Part shown: one piece after another, positions 12,277-23,696 of the stretch | Layout of the letters: every line of letters begins with the position of its first letter | Position numbering within the stretch: the stretch's first letter is position 1 | Source: Mobula hypostoma | Lineage: Eukaryota | Direction of reading: 5' to 3' | Assembly: GCF_963921235.1 (NCBI RefSeq) | Contig: NC_086102.1 | Location: 28,644,001-28,708,000 of the forward strand | DNA: 64,000 bases | The notes under the pieces: generated by a model | What the model saw: the letters and a program-made list of their open reading frames with translations, nothing else | Told to the model about the DNA's origin: nothing | Databases searched by the model: none | Made by a program: the position numbers and the translations under genes

Positions 12277-15200
12277 CCAACCACTGAGGTCAGACTATCT
12301 GGCTTATAGTTTCCTTTATCCTTCCTCTCACCCTTCTTGAAGAGTGGAGTGACATTTGCAATTTTCTAGTCTTCCAGAACCACTTCAGAATCTAGTGATT
12401 CTTGAAAGGTCATTACTAATGCCTCCACGATCTCCTCAGTCATCCCTTTCATAACTCTGGGGTGTACGCCATCTGGTCCAGGTGATTTATCTACCTTCAG
12501 ACATTTAAGTTTCAAAAGAGCCTCCTCTCTAGTTATGGTAACTTCACTCAATGCACGACCCCGACTCCTGAAACATCCACCATACTGCTGATATGTTCCA
12601 CAGTGAAGACTGATGTAAACTATTCAATTGGTCTGCCAAATCCTTATCCCCCATCACTACCTGTCCAGCATTGTTTTCCAGCTGTCCAATATACACACTT
12701 ACTTTTCTTTTACAGTTTATGCATCTGAAGAAACTTCTGGTATCCTCATTAACTTTATTTTCTTATTCCATTTTACCTTCTTAATGATGTTTTTAGTTGC
12801 CTTCTGATGGTTTTTAAAAGCTTCCCAATCCTCTAATTTACGACTAATTTTTGCTGTATTATATGCTCTGTCTTTGGCTTTTATGTTGGTTTTGATTTCT
12901 CTTGTTAGCCACAATTCTATCGTCTTGCCTTTAGAATACTTCTTCCTCTTTGGGATGTATACATCCTGCGTTTTCCAAGTTGCTTCGAGAAATTCCAGCC
13001 ACTGCTGCTCTGCCATCATCACTGCTAGTGTTCTTTCCCACTCAATTCTACCAGTTCCTCTCTCATACCTCTGTATTCCCTTTACGTCACTCTAATACTG
13101 ATACATCTGACTTTAGCTTCTCCTTCTCAAACTTCAGGGTGAATTTGATAATATTGTGATCATGCCCCTTAGGATTCTTTTACCTTCAGTTCTCTAATCA
13201 ATTCTGGTACATTGCACAAACCCAATCCAGAATAGCTGATCCCCTTGTGGGATCACCCTTAAGCTGCTCTAAAAAGCCATCTCATAGGCATTCTAGAAAT
13301 TCCCCCTCTTGGACCCCAGCACTAACCTGATATCCCCTATCAACTTGCATATTGAAATCCACGTGACTATTGTAACATTTCCCCTTTTGGCATGCATTTT
13401 CTATCTTCCACTGTAATTTGTAGGTCATATCCTTACTACTATTTGGACATCTGTATATAACTCTCAGCAGGGTCTTTTTACCCTGACAGAACCATTCCTT
13501 AGTTCTATCCATAATGATTCAACACCTCCCACCCTATATCAGCTCTTTCTAATGATTTGATTTAATTTTTTATCCAACAGAGAAGCACTGCCCCCTCTGC
13601 CTTCCTGCCTGCCCTATTGATACAGTGTGTAGCCTTGGACATTAAGCCCCCAGCTATAATCTTCTTTCAGCCATGATTCAGTGATGCCTACAAGATCAAA
13701 CATGCCAATCTGTAATTGTGCTACAAATTCATCTACCTTATTCCATATGTAGCACATATTCAGATATATATTCAGTCCTGTATTCACCCTTTTTATATTG
13801 TCTGCCTTTTCCATTGCAACTCCTGTTGACTGTAATTTTGCCCTATTGTCAACCTCTCCTCAATACACATTGCCTCTGTTTGTAAACCAGCTACCACATC
13901 TTCAGCGCTATTTTCTGCCTTTCCTACAATACTTTTTGCATTGAAATATAGGCAACTCAGTATGCTAGTCACACCGTGCTCAACCTTTGGATTCCTAACT
14001 TTGTCTGAGGACTTACCACCATCTGCCTCTACAACCTCTCCACTAACTGTTCTGGCCCTCTGGTTCCCACTCCCTGCAACTCTAGTTTAACCTCCCCTCC
14101 CACCCCGTGCAGCATTAACAAACCTTTCATTGGGATATTAGTTCCCCTCCAGTTCAGGTGCAAACTGTTGCTTCTGTACCTTTCTCCTACCTTTCTTGGA
14201 GGAGAACCCAACTCCTTAGCCATGTATGAAACTGTATAATCTTCCTAGTTCTGGCTTCACTAGCACATGGCACAGATAGCAATCCTGAGATCACAACCTT
14301 GGAGGTCCTGCCCTTTAACTTAGCACCTAACTCTCTGAACTCCCTATGCAGAACCTCATCACTCATCCTACCCATGACATTAGTACCTACATGGACCACA
14401 ACCTCTGTTTCTTCATCTTCCCACTTGAGAATGCTGAGGACTTGATCTGAGATGTCCCTGATTCTGGCACCTGGAAGGCAACATACCATCCGGGAATTTT
14501 GTTTTTGTCCAGAGAACCTTCTTTCTGTTCCCATAACTAACGAATCCCCCATCACCACAGCACACGTCTTCTTCCCCTTCCCTTTTGAGTCACATAGCCA
14601 GATTCAGTGCCAGAGACCCGACCGCTGTGACCTTCCTCAATTGGGTCATCCCCCACAACAGTATCTAAAGTGGTACACCTGTTGTTGAGGGGGATGGCCA
14701 CAGGGGTACTCTGCACTGGATCCTTAACCCCTTTCCCCTTCCTGACTATCACCCTATTTCCTGTGTCCTCCACCTTTGGTGTAACCACCTCTCTATATGT
14801 CCTATCTATCACCCCTTCAGCCTTCCGAACGATCCACAGTTCATCGAGTTCCAGCTCCAACTGTTTAACATGGATTGTTGGAAACTGCAGCTGGATGCAC
14901 CTCGCATTTGCAGTTCCCTGCAATACTAGCGGTCTCCCTGCCTTCCTTCACCCCACAAGAGCAATGTTCAGCTATCCTGCCTGGTATCTCTACTGTCCCA
15001 ACTAAGCAAATGTAGAGAAGGGAGGAGAAAAAAGGTACCTATAGTTTTTCTTTCTTGCTGTCTCTGATTGAAGCTCCTCTTTGTTAAAGCCTTGAAGAGC
15101 TGAAGCCTCAAAATCACTACTCTAACTGTCCAGACGACAGCCGTTGTGCTTTCCCCTGACTTCCTTTAATTTGTTCTTGCTTATCAATCCCAAAGGCTGA

Positions 15201-15290
15201 CTGATCGCTGGTCAGAGCTCCAAACAAACTGGTGTGAGTTGCCGTATTTTACACTCAGTCTGATTCAAATGCTCTCCTCTCAAAAGAAAC
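12277..15290 (-). mobile_element. Decayed CR1 LINE retaining 5' UTR, ORF1 (zipper plus SGNH/GDSL esterase) and endonuclease, lacking RT
   Basis: 14187-14558 VMGDSLV...VCCLPGARIRD...VVVHVGTN; 14552-14923 leucine-zipper-like region; 13614-13814 GITESWL; 12366-12551 KSPGPDG. Confidence 0.85.
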
Positions 15291-15482
15291 ATCTCTATTT
15301 CTGTATTCCCCATGCTTCATCATCTATTTAACAATTGATGGTTTCAAGCCATTCCACAGAATGAAAGTCAAGTGTTATGTTCTGCATTCTCTTATTTTAA
15401 TATATTCTAGAATCAGAAAATCAGCAACAAAGGCTCCCGAAATATCACGGTATTAAACATAGGCCAGGATGGTCTGATGATT

Positions 15483-16389
15483 ATCTATTTATTGAGATAC
15501 AGTGTGGAATAGACCCTTCTGGCCTTTCGAGGCCAAGCTGCCCAGCAATCCCCTGATTTAATCCTAGCCTAATCATAGGACAATTTACAATGTAAAAGTT
15601 AACCTACCAACTGGTACGTTTTTGGACTGTGGGAGGAGACCAGAGCACCTGGAAGAAACCTATGCAGTTTCGGGGAGAACGTACACACACCTGACAGGTA
15701 GTGGCGGGAATTGAACTCAGATCACCTGCACTGTAAAGCGTTGTTTATCTTATTTATTGAGATTCAGTACGGAACAGACCCCTACAGCCCACTGGGCTGC
15801 AGTGTCCAGCTATCCCCCCATTTAACCATAGCCTAATCACGATACAATTTATAATGACCTATTAACCTACTAAGCCGTACATCTTTGGACTGTGGGAGGA
15901 AACCAGAGCACCCAGAGGAAACCCACGCGGTCATGGGGAGAACGTACAAACTCTTCACAGACAGCATTGCAATTGAACCCTGAACTGTAATTTTTAAATA
16001 TTTATCTATTGGGATTTAGCACGAAGCATGTCCTTGCACCGTCCACCTCCTGCTTTAGCCCTAGCCTAATCATGGGACAATTTACAAAAACCAACTAACC
16101 TGCTGACTGGTAGGTCTTTGGACTGTGGGAGGAAACCAGAACTCCCGGAGGAAATCCAGGTGGTCAAGGGCGAACGTACAACCTCCTTACAGATGGTGGT
16201 GGGAATTGAACTCTGGTCGCTGGTGCTGTTAAGCATTGTGCTAATTGCTATGATGCCGTTGCACCAACTGCTAAACTACCATCGATTATTTATTGTCATT
16301 CTTCAGTATGTAAGTGTAAAGTAGAACACATTGATTGTTAGTCCAGATTCAATGTCACATCGTGCTAACCACTACGCTACCATGCTGCC
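15483..16389 (-). mobile_element. Cluster of three nested HE1/V-type tRNA SINEs
   Basis: Three repeats of TTTGGACTGTGGGAGGAAACCAGAGCACC...GGAGAACGTACA...AATTGAAC (V-domain and B box on the minus strand) with TTTA-rich tails. Confidence 0.82.
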
Positions 16390-16476
16390 TCCAATTGTAT
16401 TTGTTTAATTTTCCCTTGATTGGGAAAGTTTATATATCATAAAACACACAAATCTGTCTTTGTTATAGCAAAATTA

Positions 16477-17070
16477 CACTCAGTGGCGAGTTTATTAATT
16501 ACGCCGAAACAGTGCTCATTAATGCAAATATCAAATCAGGCAATAGTTATGCAGCGGTAACTCAATGCATAAAAGCATGCAGAAATGGTCAAGAAGAAAA
16601 CACAAGGAATTCTGCAGATGCTGGAATTTCAAGCAACACACATAAAAGTTGCTGGTGAACGCAGCAGGCCAGGCAGCATCTCTAGGAAGAGGTACAGTCC
16701 TGGTCAAGAGCTTTGGTTGTTCTGAACAAACAACAGAATGGGGAAGAAACGTGATGATTTGCACACAGAAGCCTCTAGAGTTTACAGAGAATGGTGTGAA
16801 AATTAAAAAAAAAACCAGTGAGGGCAGGGACAGATCGGTGGGCAAAATCACCTTGTTAATGAAAGAAGTCAGAGTGGAATGGTTCAAGCTGATAGGAAGG
16901 TGACAGTAACTCAAATAAGGACAAGTTACAACAGTGGTGTGCCGAAGAGCAGTTGAACACACATGTGGAACCTGGAAGAGGGTGGGCTCCAGCAGCAGAA
17001 GACCATGAATATACACTCCGTGGCCACTGTATTAGGTACAAGGGGCATCTAATGGAGAGGCCACTGAGTG
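16477..17070 (+). mobile_element. Non-autonomous Tc1-like element
   Basis: TA|CACTCAGTGG ... CCACTGAGTG|TA; internal decayed N-terminal transposase-like sequence; homologous to 4887-5336 and 26181-26683. Confidence 0.8.
16597..16699 (-). mobile_element. PLE terminal fragment inserted in a Tc1 element
   Basis: Near-identical to the other young PLE termini; flanked by the direct repeat TGGTCAAGA (16586-16594, 16701-16709). Confidence 0.75.
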
Positions 17071-17149
17071 TAAATGTGCATTATTTAGCCTCAGAATATA
17101 TAATTGAATGAAAAATTCTTGTAACATTGCTGCGGGTTGTTAGACAGCA

Positions 17150-18960
17150 TGAAAGGGAATTAGATTGTTCTCCAGACGTAAGACACTGGCCAATTAAGAG
17201 CTCTGCTGCCTCGGGACAAATATTCAAATGAAACGGTGAACGGAAAACTATTAGCGTTTGCTTTGCTTCGGGGCTCCCTGGTGAGCAAAGCTAGATGCAA
17301 AACGGGCGGCAAGCACGAAAGAAAGCAAATTAAAGACGCGATAAACTGAATTAGAGGGGAAATGGGAGGGTGAAATAGAACAAAATTCGACGAGGGACGG
17401 GAAACCAAAAGGAAAATAAAGAGCTAGCCGAGGAGGGGAGAGACCAGGAAAGGGTCAGTATTGTGCGGGTCAGGGCGAACGTGCATAAAATCACGGAAAG
17501 ATCCAGAAGCGTCAAGTTAAAAAGGAAACAGACGATAGCAAGGGTCACAATCACACAATTCTGCAGAAACTCCGCTGGGGTGAAGGCCACATTAATAATA
17601 ACCAGCATGTAGACCCAGCCATGTATGGTGATAGAAATATGTCCAAGCGGAGCAACTTTCCCTTTCCCTGGCGATGAGGAGATACGAACAAAATCGGAAA
17701 ACCTGGGAGAAAAGTTTCGGCGCCGTTTTGGTAAAGGAGGGAAAACATGATACATCATTAATAAACGCTGCGCAAAGAGTTTGAAAAGTGTATTGTTAAA
17801 GGCATCTTTCTTTTACTTCAGTGAGCTGAGAATCGGAAAGAAATGTTTAACCGGATTTCAAAAGGAGCTGATTAAAGACCGTGCCGTCGGGAAAGGTACA
17901 ATTAATAAAATAAAAGGTAGTTCACAGGAGGAAGGAACAAGGCGTCATCAAATTTGAAAGGAGACAGTGGGAAGGTTAAAAAAATCACAAATCGCGTACG
18001 AGGAAAAGAGGTTGGGATTGCTCCCGCCTTCTGGAAATCCGAGAAGTTCAAAAGATGAAATCAGTGGTGCCCTTCGCGCAGCTCAGTGTGTGCATGTCTG
18101 TGTGTGTCTCAGAGAATTCTCCAGTGACCGAAACTGACCAGAAATCTATACGAATCGCCGAGCGGCATCGCATCTGTCAACATGGATCAGACACGATTAA
18201 TGGGATCAAACTGAAAACACGAATATATATCTTCCAGAACTGAGAGCTGCTGCTCTCTCTATGCTGTTCCAGCGGCAAACCGTGCCCGCGGGTTTTCTGA
18301 AGAGAAATACGCCGATATGGCAGTTGTCTGATTACTTTGCTGCCTCTGAAACCCCTCTCGTTTGCCTCTCTCACAGGAAGTACAGTGGAGCTGTCGGAAT
18401 GACGATCTCTACATCTGACATAAACTGTTCGCCGCCCCACTTGTAAACATTGCTAGTGCGGGGAAGAGAAACGGAACTTGCTTGACTAACATTCTTTGTG
18501 TCAATTAGACTAAGTGCAAGTAACTGGACACCTGCACAGAGCGAGTTCTTTCAATTCCACTTGGTGCCTGAGTTGTTTGGACCGATGTTGAACTACTGAT
18601 AGTTGGAAATCGGAGCGTACTACTTACTTTGTGGACCTTTGCTGCCTGCGTTTATCGCTCCGGATCGCCGGCACGTTCCTGCAGAGGCGGCGAAAGAAGC
18701 CACTTCCCAGGCCAAGGATGCCGGCGGCGGCCGGAGACAGCCTGGACGACCCGTCACCGGGAGAGCTCCGCGTTTCCGGCTCGGAAATTAACCTTCCATT
18801 TTCGGTTGCCCATGTTTCTCGAGAGTCAATCCGCAATTTCCACCACACCAAGCGGGTCGGAAGTTATCTGATTGGGAGAAAGTTAGGCGAGGGATCTTTC
18901 GCCAAAGTCAGAGAAGGATTGCATGTTCTGACTGGTGAAAAGGTAACTTAGTTTTCCGAC
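17150..18960. promoter_or_regulatory. CpG-enriched, repeat-free promoter / 5' region of HUNK
   Basis: Visibly more CG dinucleotides than the CpG-depleted flanks, no recognisable repeats over about 1.8 kb, overlaps the first coding exon. TSS cannot be located. Confidence 0.6.
18718..18942 (+). CDS. HUNK: HUNK coding exon 1 (75 codons)
   Basis: ATG at 18718 (ccaaggATGc). Translates MPAAAGD...HTKRVGSYLIGRKLGEGSFAKVREGLHVLTGEK, matching the HUNK N-terminus and kinase Gly-rich loop. Donor AAG|gtaact, phase 0. Confidence 0.96.
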
Positions 18961-20486
18961 TCTTATTTCATTTTTTTATTCAATTGGATCATTGAAGGGC
19001 ATTTGGCTGAAACACCAAAAACTTAAAAATAGATGAATTGCTTCAGAGGTCTAACGCCAATATTTCCAGAATTACTGTTTTCTGGTCTGATAATGACAAT
19101 AGTTTAGAACAACTCCTTGCATGTTTACAAAAGTGCAGGAGATAAGGAACAGGTTTCCCAGCATTTGAGGAGCAAGGCAGGGTTACACTGGAGTTGAACG
19201 CCTTTGGTCAAAGGCGCGCTAACTTATGCTGGAGAAGTATTCCCTCGGGATGGTGGTTTAACTCAGAGCCAGATGTGATCTGACCCGTAATACAATGGGA
19301 AAGGAGCTGGAGCAGATCACAGAGCCGCGAGAACTCCACTCTGCTATTCGTTAAAACAAGAAAACGGCCAGTACACTACCCACATGATACCTGTTCTTCT
19401 TGATTCCCTTATTGACCAAAAATCTCAGCATAAAGGAAGGACTTTAGTGGCTTGCTGGAGTGAAGGTTCCCAAAGACTCGCCGCCCTTTGAGCAGAGAAA
19501 CGAATCCCTATCTCTAAACTGAGACCACGACCCTTAGTTCTAAATTCTTCAGTCCAGGGGAGGAGGGACTCTGTATTCACCTTGCTACTCATCAGAGACT
19601 ATGGACCACTTCTACTGAACTATTCCCTATAGGTCATCCCTCCCATCCCTAGAGTGAATGTAGAAGGTGTTTCCTCTCTGCTTCTCAGCACCTTGACGGC
19701 CGCATTGGACGCGGTTACCAGGCAGAGTATACCTTCCTTAGACTGGTGTATAGCGAAGCAGCTGAAGGTTCATTATGTTAAGTGTGGCCCCTATTTCAGT
19801 CAAATTTTCTGCGTGTAATCCATTCTCCTGTACCTTCAAATGTCTTATTGGTCAATTTTGCTTTTGTTTTTCTGTGAAGCTGAATGGGCATTCACACACT
19901 AAGAAAGGGTAATATTCAATTTCTAGACTAATGTGTTGCTTCGGCCAAGCCAGAGTGGTCAGCAAGCATAAGGATAGTCAGTGAATGGGATTGTTTAAGA
20001 TTGCTGCAAAATTTTGGATAATTCATATTTTGAGGAAACACCAAGAAAAGCTGACCAGTATTGTGTTGGAATAGACAGGTCTTGAGATTTTACAACAGAC
20101 ATGAGGGGTTTCACAGGAGATTAGCTTGGGCATGGACAAAGTCGGGCAATTTCATAGAGACCGAAGCTGCTCTTTCTGATGGCACAATAGCTGAAAACTA
20201 ATTTCTGAGTCAAATGCATTACCAATATTTCAGACTATCCACTTCAACTTCAGAGACTGACCAGAGGAAACTTGGAATAATTGGTTCAAAAACAGGAGAA
20301 AATTATCTGTACTTCATTGGCTTATTTTGGGTGCTGGACAAATTTAGAGACAGAGAATGATAGAATGGTGTGGCACAACTTGATGAAAATAGCTCCTGTC
20401 TTTTGATGATATCACTGAGGAATAGGAATAAACATGGATAAGTCCATGGTTATAATCAGAGGCAATGCTGTAGCCACCGGAAGGGA

Positions 20487-21135
20487 AAGTTCAAAGTTAA
20501 TTTTATTATCAAAGTACATATGTGTCACCTTATACACCTATGCTTATACACCTTATACATCTATGCTTCTTGTGGGCATTCTCACAATTCCAAAGAATAG
20601 TAACTATAGCAGGATCAATGAAAGATCAACCAAAGTGCAGAAGACAACAAACTGTGCAAATGCAAATATAAATAAATAGCAATGAATAACGAGAACATGA
20701 GATAAAGAGTCCTGAAAGTGAGATCATTGGTTGTAGGAACATTTTTCTGACGGGACAAGCAAGTGTAGTTGTCCCCTTCTATTCAAGAGCCTGATGGTTG
20801 TGGGGTAGCAACTGTTCTTGAACCTGGTGGTATGAGCCCTGAGGCTCTTGTACCTTCTAACTGATAGCACCATCAAGAAAAGAGCATGACCTGGATGGCA
20901 AGGTTCTCTGATGATGGATGCTGCTTTCCTATGACAGTGTTTGATGTAGATATGCTCCATGGTTGGGAAGGCTTTACCCATGCTGTACTAGGCCCAATCC
21001 ACTACCTTTTGTAGGATTTTCCATTCAAAGGCATTGATGTTTCCATACCAGGTTGTGATGCAGCCAGTCAATATACTTTCCACCACACGTATATGAAAAT
21101 TTCATCAAAGTTTTAGATGTCATGTCAAATCTCCA
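20487..21135 (-). mobile_element. Rex1/Babar LINE 3' fragment
   Basis: ORF 20724-20981 KAASII...HPGHALF...RRYKSL...NSCYPTTIRLLN. Confidence 0.78.
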
Positions 21136-22632
21136 TAGAGATGGGAGAGGAATTAACATTAAAAAACTGAAGATGCTGGAAGTCTGAAATAGAAGCAGAA
21201 TCTATGGAAGGGGAAACTCAGTTAATATTTTGGATTGAAGATTTTTGGTTATAATTCAGAAAGAGATAAGATCCAGGAAAGGGATTGCTAATGATCTTTG
21301 GTTATGACTAGGTAAATATGAATGGAGCTTGATGAATTCAGACAAACCTAGCTGGTGTGTAGCTGAGAGACGGGAGAAGGGGGTGAGGTGGTCAAGTATA
21401 TTAAAGACTGAGGCAGACTGAGAAAGTCAAAGAGTAATGCATTAATTATAAAGGGTTTTATTGGCGATCTTCATCAATAATATAGCCTTATGCATGAACA
21501 TGTTGTATTCCTGTTTATGTTCTTACTGTAATTTTGGTTGCTCGGGTGAATCATGATGTGCCAACTTCTCTACAATGTCACACAGTCTGGAACATTCAGT
21601 TTGTAGTATTTTTAGTGAAGATTCAATATGCATAAACATTAATGTTCTGCTTTACCACTTTTTTGCAATAGATTTAACAAGGAGGCATTGTAACAATAGT
21701 GGAAACTAGATTGCAAGAATACAAGTATAGAACTCCAAGTAAGATGGCCAAAATATGGAAGGGTTTGGCTTTTGATGGTCCCCTTTGGTTTGGAGAATAT
21801 GTAGTTCTATATATTTTTAGTTCAAGACTAGACTGCCATGAGTTGCAATAACAGAGTTCAGTTCTAAATACACATTCTGTGCAAGGACCGAATTATTTCC
21901 TCCACCTTTACCTCAATTAACTTTGATTTGAATCCCCTGGTGTGCTTCTCCTTTCTTCTCAGTTAAGTTATTGGTGGCAGCAAAGAAGCAAATCAGCTAC
22001 AGGAGAGCCTCACAAGCATGTCTTTTAAAGTCTTGGTTGGGCCACACCAGGAGTATTGTGTGCAGTTCTGGTCACCTGATTGTGCCAATGGATAGGGCAG
22101 AAACAGACACAATAGTGGTGTTTCAATGGCATTTAGACAGGCTAATGAATATTCTTGGAATGGAGTGATATGGATCATGTGCAAGTAGAAAAATTTACTT
22201 TAATATGGCATCGTGTTCAACACAGACTGTGGGCTAAAGGATCTGTTCTTCTGCTGTACTGTTCTATGTTCTATGTCCTTGGTTTGAAAGCAGCGTTCTC
22301 CCTTGTGCAAGATCACAATGCTCTTAAAGTTCTTCCCGGAGCAGAAAATTGAACATTGATCAATTTTCCATGAAAATTACAGCAGGTGTAAAGATATAAA
22401 AAGTACATTAAATTATTAACATTTACTGAAAATATCTTAAAAATGAATACTTGAATTTTTAATTAATGATCTCCATTGCTGGCAACACTCCCACACCAAC
22501 AATATTATGATCACATCCTTCTTCTAGCGTGGTGATCACAACTGCATAAAACTTTTTATATGGTTCTCAGTGATTTCCTTTCTCAAGCATTCTATGCCTC
22601 AGACTGTAAAAGAAAGCATCTAAAAGAGAAAA

Positions 22633-22671
22633 CAGTTAACGTTTCAAGTAAGTGACCCTTTATCAGAACTG
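22633..22671 (-). ncRNA. Diverged hammerhead motif of an older PLE family
   Basis: Reverse complement CAGTT-CTGATAA-agggtcacttactt-GAAA-CGTT-AACTG. Stem I is perfect and co-varies with the young family; G8 is mutated to A. Confidence 0.55.
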
Positions 22672-23321
22672 GAAAAGAGAGGGATAAGTTAGTGTTTATC
22701 CTCCTCGGCTCCAAGGAAAATAAACCAGTCTAGCCAGAGTCATAACTGAAGCAACATCCTGGTGAACTGCCTGTGCATCCTTTCCATCAATCAGGTAGTG
22801 CGGTGAGCAGAAACGCATATAATATTGTCAAAGTTTCCTTTTCCCCACCAGAGCTCTGAGGTGCTCCAGATTGCAACATGTGAAGTCTCCTGCTTTGAGA
22901 AATAATGCACTGAATTGCTGGCATTATTTAATGTCAGGCCTGATTTAACTTTAAAAGATTATTGTAAAACAACAATGCTTTGACATTATACAGTTCACAT
23001 TCTTGTGTGACCGTCCTTAATTTGTTTCCAAATGGTTATCATCAATCAGAGGACGATAATCACCAACACTCTGTTTACTACTTACAATGTATAATTTGAA
23101 CCGTACTCTCCAGACACAGTTTTAACTGCTGGGTGTATTTCACAATTGTAGTTGGGAAAGTATGAACATTTCAAACCTCATAAGATCCAAGTGGCCACAC
23201 GGCACCTATTCATTTTGAGTCATTTATCTTTCCAAAAGGAGTTAGCTCATCAATTAGTTGCAGACGTGGGCTGGAGTAAATTTCGTGCTGAATGGTAATC
23301 AGAATTTCTGTTATCTGTTAG

Positions 23322-23614
23322 GTGGCTGTGAAGGTTATTGATAAGAAGAAAGCCAAGAAAGACTCCTATGTAACAAAGAACCTGCGGAGAGAAGGACAGA
23401 TCCACCAGATGATCAGGCACCCAAATATCACGCAGCTTCTGGATATACTCGAAACAGAGAACAGCTACTACTTGGTTATGGAGCTATGCACAGGAGGCAA
23501 CTTAATGCACAAAATGTATGACAGAAAGATATTGGAAGAAGCAGAGGCACGCCGATATATCAGGCAACTCACTCTAGCAGTGGAGCACCTGCACCGAGCA
23601 GGAGTGGTCCATAG
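23322..23614 (+). CDS. HUNK: HUNK coding exon 2 (293 nt)
   Basis: ttag|GTG; VAVKVIDKKKAKKDSYVTKNLRREGQIHQMIRHPNITQLLDILETENSYYLVMELC...LHRAGVVHR; donor AG|gtaggt, phase 2. Confidence 0.97.
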
Positions 23615-23634
23615 GTAGGTGTATGGGTGTGCAT

Positions 23635-23636
<2 letters not shown>

Positions 23637-23694
<58 letters not shown>
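23637..23694 (+). repeat. (GT)29 microsatellite
   Basis: Perfect dinucleotide run beginning 22 nt after the exon 2 donor. Confidence 0.97.

Positions 23695-23696
<2 letters not shown>

Noticed and set aside
17351-17758. 135-aa minus-strand ORF as a divergent gene (e.g. a SCAF4-like neighbour)
   Set aside because: No recognisable protein motif or splice pattern; hydrophobic composition reflects the purine-rich opposite strand.
18631-18717. N-terminal extension of HUNK suggested by ORF 18631-18951
   Set aside because: It starts at a non-ATG codon; the MPAAAGD start at 18718 matches known HUNK. The ORF track uses alternative starts not relevant to a vertebrate.
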